Assembly: GCA_951406725.2 (NCBI GenBank)
Contig: OX597817.1
Coordinates: 155,372,001 to 155,436,000 of the forward strand
Length of the DNA stretch: 64,000 nucleotides
Reading direction: 5' to 3'
Source: Octopus vulgaris
Taxonomy: Eukaryota
Shown here: positions 1 through 11,764 of the stretch, piece by piece
Position numbering within the stretch: the first letter of the stretch is position 1
How the letters are laid out: each line of letters begins with the position of its first letter
Position numbers and translations under genes: made by a program
The notes under the pieces: generated by a model
The model's input: the letters and a program-made list of their open reading frames with translations, nothing else
The model's database searches: none
What the model was told of the DNA's origin: nothing

Positions 1-400
1 GTTGTACCTAAAAAGCATCAGTTGTTGTGTGCAAGAGAGACGATTGCGCTGGTATGGTCATGTGGCGAGAATGGATGAAGATAGGTGTGTGAGAAAGTGC
101 CAATCCCTAGCAGTTGAGGGAACCCGTGGAAGAGGTAGACCCAGGAAAACCTGGGACGAGGTGGTGAAGCACGACCTTCGGACGTTAGGTCTCACCATGG
201 AAATGACTAGAGACCGAGACCTATGGAAGTATGCTGTGCGTGAGAAGACCCGGCAAGACTAGTGAAGCCATAATCTGTGGCCCCTACCTGGGACGTAGTC
301 AGTCCACCTGTGCATACCTTCCTTCTTGTGACACTTGTGAAGACCTGTTGAGGCAAGTGAGAATCGTATCGAATCCAAATCAAATCGAACCAAATCAAAA
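1..400 (+). mobile_element. RTE-clade LINE, 3' end (RT C-terminus and start of 3' UTR)
   Basis: ORF 2..262 reads RRLRWYGHVARMDEDR...GTRGRGRPRKTW, the typical RTE C-terminal motif; followed by (CAAAT)-like repeats. Confidence 0.8.
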
Positions 401-429
401 TAGATGAACATCAATGGAATTTGTATCCT

Positions 430-830
430 TGTCGTACCAGTGCAGGTGGCACATAAGAAAACCATCCGAACTTGACCGTAGCCAGTACCGCAATGACTGG
501 CCTCCGTGCTGAGGGCACGTAACAAACACCATCCGAGCGTGGCCGTCCGCCAGCCTCGTCTGGCACCTGTGTCGGTGACACATAAGAAAACACCATCCGA
601 GCGTGGCCGTCAGCCAGCCTCGTCTGGCACCTGTGTCGGTGGCACATATAAAACACCATCCGAGCGTGGCCGTCTGCCAGCCTCGTCTGGCACCTGTGTC
701 GGTGGGACATAAAATCACCCACTACACTCTCGGAGTGGTTGGCGTTAGGAAGGGCATCAGCTGTAGAAACACTGCCACATCTGACTGGCCTGGTGCAGCC
801 TTCGGGCTTCCCAGACCCCAGCTGAACCGT
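430..830 (+). mobile_element. Retroposon tail family (ends in (GAT)n in complete copies) with ~63-bp internal tandem repeats
   Basis: Three copies of CACCATCCGAGCGTGGCCG...CTGGCACCTGTG at ~527, 591 and 654, then GGCGTTAGGAAGGGCATC; same family at ~24081, 28440, 51640, 53498 and 60085. Confidence 0.7.
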
Positions 831-930
831 NNNNNNNNNNNNNNNNNNNNNNNNNNNNNNNNNNNNNNNNNNNNNNNNNNNNNNNNNNNNNNNNNNNNNN
901 NNNNNNNNNNNNNNNNNNNNNNNNNNNNNN

Positions 931-1841
931 AATATGTGACCCGCAGCAAACAAGCTGATGTTGACCAGAAGCAAACCCATCAGTGGCTACGGAGCTCAGG
1001 GCTAAAAGCAGAGAGCGAAGGTTTCATCCTGGCTGCTCAAGATCAAAGCCTATTAACCCGGAACTACCAGGCCAATGTGATGAAAAATGGAGCAGACCCA
1101 AAATGCCGATTCTGCAACGACATGATTGAAACAGTGGACCACCTAATCTCTGGATGTAAAGTCTTAGCACCAGTGGAGTATAAATTAAGACATGACAGAG
1201 TTGGCCAATATCTCCACTGGCTAATAAGTCGGCATTACAATATCAAAACTGCCGACAAGTGGTATAATCACCACCCTGAGGCTGTAACTGAAGGAGAAAA
1301 TGTAACCATTCTGTGGGACTTTCCAGTACATACAGACCGAACCATCAAGGCCAATAAACCAGATATTGTTGTGAAAGACCAAAACAATAAAGTTTGCTTA
1401 TTGATCGACATGAGCATCCCCTGTGATCATAATATCTCAGCGAAAGAGTTTGACAAGCTCAGAAAATATAAAGACCTACTCATTGAAATTGAGAAAATGT
1501 GGCATCTCAAGGCGGTTACAATACCAGTGATCGTAGGAGCACTAGGAATGATCAAGAAGGGAACCGAAAATTATATGAGAATGATCCCTGGCTTACCATC
1601 CCTGCAAGAAGTGCAAAAGATTGTCTTAACTGGTACATCACACGTATTGAGAAGAGCATTGTCGATGTGAGAACTGTTGCTGCTCATGTATTTTAATTTA
1701 ACTTTAAAAAAAAAAAAAAAAAATGAACGAACTACTGAGTTTGGTTTAATGGCCTACCAATGTATACTATGAGTTTCTTTGCCCTAGGAGTCGGGAAGAC
1801 ACTCGGCAAGAAATGGAAGCAAATTTGAAAGAAGAAAAAAA

Positions 1842-1890
<49 letters not shown>
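931..1890 (+). mobile_element. R4/Dong-clade non-LTR retrotransposon, 3' part (restriction-like endonuclease) with (TAA)n tail
   Basis: CRFC-x7-H-x4-C knuckle, RHD motif, KPDIV..LLIDM PD-(D/E)xK endonuclease, K..KY, VIVGALG; stop at 1670; (TAA)n at 1843-1890. Confidence 0.9.
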
Positions 1891-1961
1891 GACACTGACT
1901 GAATGATCTTACTTGCTGTCGGTCAAGTTAACACGACAGCTGATTAAACTTCAGGTTTGTT

Positions 1962-3340
1962 TTATTATTATTTTTTTTCTTCTTTCAAATTTGCTTCCAT
2001 TTCTTGCCCAGTGTCTTCCCGACTCCTAGGGCAAAGAAACTCATAGTATACATTGGTAGGCCATTAAACTAAATTCAATAGTTCATTTTTTTAAAGTTAA
2101 ATTAAAATACATGGGTAGTAATAGTTCTCACATCGACAATGCTCTTCTCAATACGTGTGATGTACCAGTTAAGACAATCTTTTGCACTTCTTTCAGGGAT
2201 GGTAAGCCAGGGATCATTCTCATATAATTTTCGGTTCCCTTCTTGATCATTCCTAGTGCTCCTACGATCACTGGTATTGTAACCGCCTTGAGATGCCACA
2301 TTTTCTCAATTTCAATGAGCAGGTCTTTATATTTTCTGAGCTTGTCAAACTCTTTCGCCGAGATATTATGATCACAGGGGATGCTCATGTCGATCAATAA
2401 GCAAACTTTATTGTATTGGTCTTTCACAACAATGTCTGGTTTATTGGCTTTGATGGTTCGGTCTGTATGTACTGGAAAGTCCCACAGAATCGTTACATTT
2501 TCTCCTTCAGTTACAGCTTCAGGGTGGTGATTATACCACTTGTCGGCAGTTTTGATATTGTAATGCCGACTTATTAGCCAGTGTAGATATTGGCCAACTC
2601 TGTCATGTCTTAATTTATACTCCACTGGTGCTAAGACTTTACATCCAGAGATTAGGTGGTCCACTGTTTCAATCATGTCGTTGCAGAATTGGCATTTTGG
2701 GTCTGCTCTATTTTTCATCACATTGGCCTGGTAGTTCCGGGTTATTTAGGTTTTGATCTTGAGCAGCCAGGATGAAACCTTTGCCTCTCTGCTTTTAGCC
2801 CTGAGCTCTGTAGCCACTGATGGGTTTGCTTCTGGTCAACATCAGCTTGTTTGCTGCGGGCCACATATTTGCCGTGCAGAGGTTTCTCCTCCCACCTATC
2901 AGCCAATTGCTCGTGCGCTTTTTTCGTTGCCATTATTTTCACCTTCTTTGCAACAATAGTTGCCGTACTTCCCTCGGATTGTTCAGTTTGGGTATCCTGC
3001 ACGAGATCAATAGCAAATTTTTTGCTTTCCTTTAAGATAGAATGAAGCTTCTTTCGTCTCTCGTGATTTTCCACGAGCTTTAGCAACCAGTCATTCGTTA
3101 TTTCAAGATATTTGGCCTGTCCAATTGTGGTTGTTTTGTAAGCTAGTTCAAATTGGATCAGGCCTCGACCTCCTTGAGCTCTGGGAAGGTAAAGGCGATC
3201 TACGTCTGCCTTTGGGTGGTGCATCCTATTACAACTCAGCAGCTTGCGTATTTTCCTATCTATATTCTTTACTTCACTCATATTCCAGTTCAACACATTG
3301 TAGCTATAAGTAACAACTGGAACTGCTAGAAGAATTATTA
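1962..3340 (-). mobile_element. Second copy of the same R4/Dong element, inverted, 5'-truncated and frameshifted
   Basis: ORFs 2742..3296 (HPKADVDRLYLPRAQGGRGL) and 2128..2721 are nearly identical to the + copy over the shared region; abuts (TTA)n at 3349-3415. Confidence 0.9.
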
Positions 3341-3345
3341 TTCGA

Positions 3346-3415
<70 letters not shown>

Positions 3416-3779
3416 GAGTGAGAGAGCAGTGCATGCCATCAAAGTGACACTGGGGTAAAATATACGAAGCCCGGTATACCCATCATGACTACCCGTCTGA
3501 TAAGGGTACACCAGGCACATGCATCACAACCATANNNNNNNNNNNNNNNNNNNNNNNNNNNNNNNNNNNNNNNNNNNNNNNNNNNNNNNNNNNNNNNNNN
3601 NNNNNNNNNNNNNNNNNNNNNNNNNNNNNNNNNNTGCATGATAATACATACATAAAGCATACAAATTTGCACATAATACATACATGCATGCAAGCATACA
3701 CATACATACATACATACATACATACATACATACATACATACATACATACATTTTTGTCCAGTGAGGACATCTCATAGCC

Positions 3780-4117
3780 TGTTCCTGTCTAGTGTTTATA
3801 AGAGTAAATCTAGAAGTGAAAATTTGGTACATTTCTTCCACGCAAAAGTCACATCTGTTATACTGCCCCCCTATCTCTCCCGCCTTCGCTCTAGGGAGAA
3901 GAGGTTTAATACTTTCAGTCTTTCCCAGTAGCTGATATTTTGCATTGAGACGATCAATTTGACTGGGAGCTTACCACTTGCAAGAAAGCTCTGCAAAAGA
4001 AGCTGTAGCGGTTTTGCAAGGGCTCGTTTGCACGATCTGAAAAGGATCGCTGGAAATCCATCAGGTCCAGCAGCTGAGTTTGTGTCAATCTCATCTATGG
4101 CTAGTGTGATATCATCA

Positions 4118-4118
<1 letters not shown>
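3780..4118 (-). mobile_element. CR1/L2-group LINE remnant with internal deletion
   Basis: Minus strand reads ...NSAAGPDGFPAILFRSCKRALAKPL joined to SMQNISYWERLKVLNLFSLERRRER, homologous to the LINEs at 19.8-22.4 kb and 43.3-44.9 kb. Confidence 0.7.
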
Positions 4119-4178
<60 letters not shown>

Positions 4179-4182
<4 letters not shown>

Positions 4183-4390
4183 TAGTTTTATTTTTATAGC
4201 GTGCTTTCACTTCACTACCGAGCGCAGCTATGTGTGCCTTGGGTATGTGCTGTGATTTGTTGTGATGCCCTGATGGTTATTGTATGGAAAGTGTTCTGCG
4301 TAGGATGTGTGCAGTGCCTAGTAGTGCAATTTTCTGTATGTTATATGTGTTTGTAAGTCCTGGTGTTTTTGTTATGTATTTGTCTGAATA

Positions 4391-4396
<6 letters not shown>
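4179..4396 (-). mobile_element. Extreme 3' end of a different R4/Dong family, embedded in a (TTA)n array
   Basis: Minus strand reads PGLTNTYNIQKIALLGTAHILRRTLSIQ*; flanked by (TTA)n at 4120-4178 and 4397-4474. Confidence 0.75.
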
Positions 4397-4475
<79 letters not shown>

Positions 4476-4582
4476 GTTTGCCTATACGGCTAGTATTTGT
4501 TTGCCACTAGTGATGGAATCTTAATAGTACTATCGCTCTCATATATATAAAATTGTGAAGCATGACTGTCAACACTACTACA

Positions 4583-4627
4583 TGAACCCGAAGATTGCAG
4601 AATTCAATGCATGAAAGTACTAGTTCA
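4583..4627 (+). ncRNA. Minimal type I hammerhead ribozyme in the 5' pLTR
   Basis: TGAAC-CCGAAGA-t-TGCA-gaattcaa-TGCA-t-GAAA-gtac-TA-GTTCA: stem I 5 bp, stem II 4 bp, palindromic stem III AGTACT. Confidence 0.75.
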
Positions 4628-5021
4628 ATCAGAATGAATATTTAACATTCTACTATTTCATTTTATTTTATTCAATTATAATATATTATCTTATAATATA
4701 TCATTATAAGATTGTAAATAAAACGTGAAAATCAGACAAGGTTGGAATTCTTTTTATTAATATATTCTTCTATACACAATCACACACACCCATATATATA
4801 TATATCTATATTCCTATTGTGTATATGCCAACATGTCTGGAAAGCAACAAACAAAATTAACAGAATCGAAAGAATTCTAATGGAAATTTCATCGAAATTA
4901 TCAACACTCATCACGATGATTGACACACAATCCTCTATTTTAAAGGAAATAGAAAAACAGTCTACAGACGGAAAACTTGGAAATGAACACATAAACTCTG
5001 AAATTAAGAATTTAGCTGGAA

Positions 5022-6128
5022 ATGATACCAACAATTATAAAATCTACAAGAGAAAGCCTACCACAACCTCCTTGGATGTCAAAAATAAACGAAAAGAGAA
5101 ATCTGGAAAAAGAGGCACACCGAAAAAGAGAAGAGATACAGAAGACATGGAAAAAACTCCTTAACATAAGAAAACAAAACTTCTGGAAGGCATATAAGTG
5201 CGAAAAATATGCTGAAATACATTCGAAATGGATATCTTTAGCGGCACCCATACTTCCTCAGAAGTACCTAATTAAAGAAATTGCAGGAGAACCAGAGGAA
5301 GAAACTAAACTTCGATGGGACCTTGGTTTGATAAAATTCAGGACCGACATCTCCATTACCCTGTCTAAACAATCCCGCTACAAAGCCAAATACGAAGCTA
5401 TCGATGATCAAATCAGAGATGAAATATCCAAACTAACGACCGGCAATATAGCAGAAAAAATGCGAGAACTATGGATCAGAGATATCTCAAAAGAAGAAAG
5501 CAGATCAAGAAAGTTTTGGCAGCGGAAACAATTATTTCTCGATAAATATGCTACAAATTACGGTAAAGACACCAGAACTCCGAGAAATAGCATTAAAAGT
5601 GGACAACCTCACCAACGCAACATACACCAGAACACGTGGCAACATGAACACCCGTTTCACCACGAATCGAAGACGAACTACGGTAAGAACTCTTCCCATT
5701 TTGTATGCAAACACCCTAATGCACACAACATGAACAAAAAGCACAAACAAAATAGATATTGTTTTGAACAGACCATTAGCAGTAGAAATAACAGGAGATC
5801 ATTTTCAAGACCTCAACAGAGATTACCCACAAGAAACTGGACAAAAAACCGATCTAGATCTAGAAGTAAACCCAGATCATTTCTCCAGGTGGTTAAAAAC
5901 AATGCTAACAAGAAATTGAAAAGTAGCATACATAATACCAAAAACAAGACAGAAAACATAACGAAACCAAGTAAAGTACCACAACCAAAACGCAAAATTC
6001 ATCAAGCAAACATCAACAGGAATATAAATCATAACCAGAAAAAAATCCATTTTTTTACGTCAGGACAACAAACACCGGAGAAAGAAAAAATCCAAGAGGA
6101 AACATACCCCAAACAACTGAACGTATAG
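5022..6128 (+). CDS. PLE upstream ORF (predicted helical N-part, basic low-complexity C-part)
   Basis: 368-aa ORF between the pLTR and the RT frame; overlaps the RT frame in the -1 register at 6035-6128. Confidence 0.55.
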   Translation: MIPTIIKSTRESLPQPPWMSKINEKRNLEKEAHRKREEIQKTWKKLLNIRKQNFWKAYKCEKYAEIHSKWISLAAPILPQKYLIKEIAGEPEEETKLRWDLGLIKFRTDISITLSKQSRYKAKYEAIDDQIRDEISKLTTGNIAEKMRELWIRDISKEESRSRKFWQRKQLFLDKYATNYGKDTRTPRNSIKSGQPHQRNIHQNTWQHEHPFHHESKTNYGKNSSHFVCKHPNAHNMNKKHKQNRYCFEQTISSRNNRRSFSRPQQRLPTRNWTKNRSRSRSKPRSFLQVVKNNANKKLKSSIHNTKNKTENITKPSKVPQPKRKIHQANINRNINHNQKKIHFFTSGQQTPEKEKIQEETYPKQLNV

Positions 6129-8363
6129 ATCCTAAAATAATTAATTTATCAAAAAGAGATCTTGACAATGATGAAATCCAACTTCTGTCAAAAGGACTGA
6201 AATTCACACCTACACCAACAGCCAACCACCAAGAATTAAAGGAGGATATCCAAAAATTCTGTCGAAAATTACGACTTGTAGAATTCTTCGCTAACAAAAG
6301 TAATGAGATTGATGAATCCCTAGTAAGGAATAAATCAAATTTCACCCCACCAAAAGGAAGAAATAACTACCTTGACCAATACATTGATATCCTGTCTAAA
6401 TTTCCCCTTAGACGCAATACCAATGTTAGGCCAAACATTAGCAAATCAGAGATGTCTGCATGTAAACGTATACAAAACGATCAAACAATAATAATTAAAC
6501 AAGCAGATAAAGGTGGTGCAATTGTTATTATGGATACCGAATACTATAAGGATTTGGTTGAAGACCAACTGAAGGATACAACCTTCTATTGTGAAATACC
6601 CGCAAATATAGACCACCACATCATGAAAAAGATCAACAACCTGATTTCAACACACCACAACTCACTTACGGATAATGAAAAAGACTACATCACCAATTTT
6701 GAACCAAAACCCAGCAACTTCTACGGCTTACCAAAAATACACAAATCAAAAAACATTCAACAGGCAGTAAAAGAACAAGAAAGTGAGTACATAAAATTAT
6801 TACATCCAAAAGACCTAAAACTTAGACCTATTATAGCTGGTCCAGCATGCCCTACACACCGTCTAAGCAATTTTATTGACATTGTTTTGAAACCACTATG
6901 TACTTACATACCAAGTTTCATCAGGGATGACATCGACTTCCTGTCCCATCTTCCCAAAACAACAGAAACAAATTCAGTTTTGCTAAGTTTTGATGTGGTA
7001 AGCCTCTACACCAAATATTCCACACGATTTAGGAATAAAGGCGATTAAATACTGGTTAGAAAAACATAGAGAAGTGATTCCCAGCAGATTCACAGTGCCA
7101 TTTATATTAGACACAGTCAAACTTATTCTAGAAAATAACACATTCTTCTTCAATGGAAAGAATTACATCCAAATTAGAGGCACGGCGATGGGAACGAGGT
7201 TTGCTCCCGTTTACGCCAACTCTGTAATGGGATACTTAGAAGAACAACTCTACCAAGAGGTGGAGGTAAACTATGGCACTGGATTTAGAAAGTATATTGA
7301 AAAGGCATGGAAGAGATACCTAGACGACTGTTTCATAATCTGGACAGAATCTCTAAATACTCTGGAAGAGTTCAATATCCTCCTGAACAACCTACACCCA
7401 TCTCTCAAATTTACAAAGGAGATGAGTAGTACCAAATTACCATTCCTGGATATAATGGTAATTAAAAAAGACACCACCATCACCACAGATATATACTATA
7501 AACACACAGACACACATCAATACCTAAATTTTAAGTCGTGCCATCCACCACATACAAAACGTAACATCCCATACTGCCTAGCCAGAAGAATTTGTACTAT
7601 TGTAGAAGATGCAAATATCAGGAACAAACGCCTAATAGAACTAAGAGAATTTTTGCTCAAACAAAAATACCCATCTCTACTTATAGAAAATGGCATACAG
7701 CGGGCTATAAAAATACCTATACAACAACTTAGGACAACCCAAGGAAGAGGAAAACAAGAACAAGTCATACCATTCATAGTGACACACAACCCATGTCACC
7801 AGAATATCTTCAACATTGCCAAAGCAAACCTACCAATCATTGCCCAAAGTAATGAATTAAAAGACATAATCAAGGATCGAGCTATGGTGCTTAGTAAAAG
7901 ACAGCCTAAAAACTTGAAAACATTACTAACAAAGGCAAAATTTGACCTCAGCAACAAAGACCAAACATTCACGGTATCTAAATGCAATGATAGCCGATGT
8001 GGCACATGCCAATTCATACATACCGGTCAATATATAAACACAAAAACCGGGAAAATATTCACAAACGCGAATATGAACTGCAAAAGCAGAAATTTAATTT
8101 ACTGCATCAAATGCCCAAATTGTGAAGAAATATATGTAGGTCAGACGGGAAACGCACTATTAGAACGCTCACGTGTACACCGGCAACAGATTAGAGACCC
8201 AGAGGTCCGTCAGATACCTTTGAGTAACCACCTAGCAACATGTGGTCGGAAAATATATATAATATTTCCATTCTACAAATTACACAGCCCAAGTGAAATC
8301 GAGAGGAAAATCAGAGAAAAGAATTTTATTGATAAATTCGAACCCAAGCTAAATAAGCAATAA
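6035..8363 (+). pseudogene. PLE reverse transcriptase/GIY-YIG ORF with one 1-nt frameshift
   Basis: Frame open 6035-7048; an extra A near 7013 (SLYT-KYS instead of SLYT-NIPH) shifts the reading to the frame of ORF 7074..8363. Confidence 0.85.
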
Positions 8364-8857
8364 TAATAATACTTAGAGGTATTACTTCCACTGCTACGAC
8401 CATGACCACTAACAACAACAACAATACTAAAGGTGATCAAGACGAAGATAGCAGGAAAATTATCTTATTTAGGGTTAAAAGTTCTATTGCCACCACCATC
8501 ACCACTAGCAACAATAATTAAGGTGCTGACAATGATGATGATGACAATTGAAATATAAAAATATAAAAATCTCTGACAAAGGATATTTACAACATTTCTA
8601 AAAATAACCCAACAATTGCTGCTTCGGCCAGGGTCAAGATACAGGACTCTTGACCTGTCCAACAAAGCGTGATGCCTAAACCAATCAGCTCAACCAACCA
8701 ATCAGCTTAAGTAATTGAGTGATACTACACACTGATTGGTCAGAATACAGTTTGCAAAACCTAGCACTCTGGAGCCTACCCAGCTGTATTTATAGCACAG
8801 AATCACTCATCTTGCTACAGTCAAAAATTGTGAAGCATGACTGTCAACACTACTACA

Positions 8858-8902
8858 TGAACCCGAAGATTGCAGAATTCAATGCATGAAAGTACTAGTT
8901 CA
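8858..8902 (+). ncRNA. Minimal type I hammerhead ribozyme in the 3' pLTR
   Basis: Identical to 4583-4627. Confidence 0.75.
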
Positions 8903-10270
8903 ATCAGAATGAATATTTAACATTCTACTATTTCATTTTATTTTATTCAATTATAATATATTATCTTATAATATATCATTATAAGATTGTAAATAAAACG
9001 TGAAAATCAGACAAGTTTGGAATTCTTTTTATTAATATATTCTTCTATACACAATCACACACACCCATATATATATATATCTATATATATATATATACAC
9101 ACACAACTGGTTTCCTTCAGTTTTTGTCTACTAAATCCACTCACAAGGCTTTGGTTGGCCCAGGGCTATAGTAATACTTGCTCAATGTATCAGGCCATAA
9201 GGCTGAAGCCGGAATCATGTGGTTAAAAAGTAAACGTCTACCACACATTTACGTCTGTGTGTGTGTGTGTGTATGTGTGTGTGTGTGTGTGCATGCATGT
9301 ATATACGTATGTATGTACGTATGTAGATACAAAGAAAAAGGGACAGACACAGAAAGACATGCATATATACAAGTACGTACATACGCGCATGTGTGTGTGC
9401 ATGCATGTTTGTATGCTGTACGCATGCATGTACGTGTGCATCCATGTATATATTTATATGTGTATATATGCTTGTATTCATGTGTGTGTGTGTGTGTGTG
9501 CGCGCGTGCACGTGTATTTATCTGTGTTGATTAATCTGTGACGAAGAGACAGATTGCGTGAGTGTGGATGCATGTATGCGACATGTAATAACTGGGATTA
9601 TATATTTATGAGTCTGCGCATCGTTGTGTATAAATAAATGTATATGCTGTATACACTGTGCGTAGGTATTGAAGGTAATTTCAACATCATGGTTATTTAT
9701 GTTTTCATCCGGATTAACCTTACTATAAATGGCAATGTATATCATTTCTGCTTTTCTCCATGCATCGTAAGAAAATAGGATCGCGTTACATTTTAGGCAG
9801 CACAACTAGCAACGTTTTTTTTAAAGTAGCGTTTAATTTAGCTATGACTTAGTACGCTGCCATGGTCAGCTTTCTTGTTGTCAATTGACCGTTGAGATCG
9901 GGAAGTGCAACTCTACAACAAATTTATAGTCCTGCCATAGAAAACTAGGAGCTTAATTCAAGTGTCAGCTACAGTATAAAAATATATCTATGCTGTTTTT
10001 CTTACTTTGAGCTTTTAGCCTTGACCCCTTCCTTAATTGTCTTTGTGCAAAATCGATGAATGTCAGAAACGTTAGAGCAACGGATAAAATACGTTGCAGC
10101 ATTTAATGATGTCTCTTTACGTTTTGAGTCTAAATCTCATCAAAGTAAAGTTTACTTTTTATCCTTCCGATTTCGATAAAATATGTACAAGTCAAATACT
10201 GGTAGTAAGTCAAATCGACATAACCATCCACTCAAATTTTCGTCTGTGTGTCAATATGCCACAACTCTAC

Positions 10271-10592
10271 TGGCACTCCGTCGGTTACAGCGATATGTGT
10301 TCCAGTTGATCAGATCAACAGAGCAGCCCAGTTGCGAAATTAATGTGACAGTGGCTGAGAACTTCACAGATGGGCGTATCTTTAACATAGTTCTCGGGGA
10401 AATTCAGTGTGACACAGAATGTGATAATGCTGGTCCTTTGAACTACAAGTACTACTCACGTTTGCCATCTGAGATGACAGGAACAAGGTGAAATAAAGTA
10501 TCTAGCTCAAGGACATAACACACCGCCGGGAATCGAACTCATGACCATACACTCGTGAACAGAATGCCCTAACCACTAAGTCACGCGTCTTC
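10271..10592 (-). mobile_element. tRNA-derived SINE
   Basis: Minus-strand head has an A-box TGACTTAGTGG and a B-box GAGTTCGATTC, followed by a TGTCCTTGAGC-type conserved body. Confidence 0.7.
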
Positions 10593-11554
10593 AACTATAT
10601 TGACGCAACTATACTGTATTCGTCCTGGTGAAAAACCGAAAGACATATAGCATAATCGTTGTTAAATGTATTCAATATGTTTCTATAAGAAGGCAAAGAT
10701 ATCGGGGGCATTTCTGGTATGACAGAGTTTAAGACTTTGAGATTTAAATTCTTAAAATAATACTGCTTTGATTAATTACTGATGCCTAGCATCTTCATTT
10801 TTGATTCTATGATATGCTACAAAATAAATCTACATGTCAGCGTAAACTGTGAATAAATGTATACAAACAATATCAGCTGTAGACGATGATATATCTATGT
10901 TGGGGTTCCATAGTAGAGTGTCACTAATGAGTTTTTGCACAGCTCTCCTGCGATATCCTGAAAAACACGTGTATCTCTCTCTCTCTCTCTCATGACAGCA
11001 GTTATTGCAAGAAGACTAGCATATTATCCTTGGCCTGATAATATTTGTACTGGATATTCATAATGGCCCGTAACATGCAAGTGTAAGTGCCATTAAGCTT
11101 ATCTCCGGGTATTTGCTGAGTTACCACACAGTTGACAAAGGGTCAGCGGTCAGCGGTCAAGCAAAACGTTATATTGATCATCTCTGAACTAGTACAGGAT
11201 GTTGCCTTTTTGGTTTCTCAAATGCTAAGCATGACTGTGATGTGGGTGCGATTGAGTCAGGCAGACCCGAATAATTTGACTAGATGGTGATCATGATTAA
11301 ATAAATAGATTTTAAGATGGTACTGCGTGTGTATATAAAAAATTAATTAAATACCCTGGATAGACGTAAATAACTGTCATCGATATCAGCCGGCTACGAC
11401 CGATATCGTTTATATACAATATTGTTTATATACATTTATTTACGCTGCTTGCACATTTATTTACACAGCGTGCGTAAATTAATTTAAAATGGTTAGTTAT
11501 TTAATAATGAGTAACATTAATTCTACAGTGACACAGAAGTTTCTCTTAACATTG

Positions 11555-11764
11555 GCTTCGAGTTTTGGTACAAGGCCAGCAATTTCAGGGGAGGGATAAG
11601 TTGATTGTATCAACCTCAATACTCAACTGACACTTTTTTGTTGACCCCGAAAGAATGAGAGGCAAAATCGACCTCGGTGGAATTTCAACTCAGAGCGTAA
11701 AGAGGGACAAAATGCAGCGAAGCATTTTGCTCGGCCTGCTAATGATTCTGCTAACTCGCCGCCT
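11555..11764 (-). mobile_element. SINE (GGCGGCGAGCTGGCAGAA family) with 17-bp target-site duplication (TSD)
   Basis: AGTTTCTCTTAACATTG is duplicated at 11538-11554 and 11765-11781; family body GCCTTTCATCCTTTCGGGGTCG. Confidence 0.8.

Larger units (their letters stand above)
4549..9086 (+). mobile_element. Near-complete Penelope-like element (RT + GIY-YIG) with ~263-bp direct terminal repeats (pLTRs)
   Basis: Direct repeats 4549-4811 and 8824-9086 are almost identical; NLS..KGLKF, ADKGG, FYGLPKIHK, FDVVSLYT, GTAMG, YLDDCF and LIYCIKC...YVGQTG motifs; (TA)n at both ends. Confidence 0.93.

Noticed and set aside
603-930. N-terminal part of the 355-aa ORF 603..1670
   Set aside because: Artefact of reading through a SINE-like repeat and a 100-N gap into the Dong ORF
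10520-10592. tRNA genes at SINE heads (also ~61470-61539)
   Set aside because: A/B boxes are present, but there is no full cloverleaf and they continue into SINE bodies
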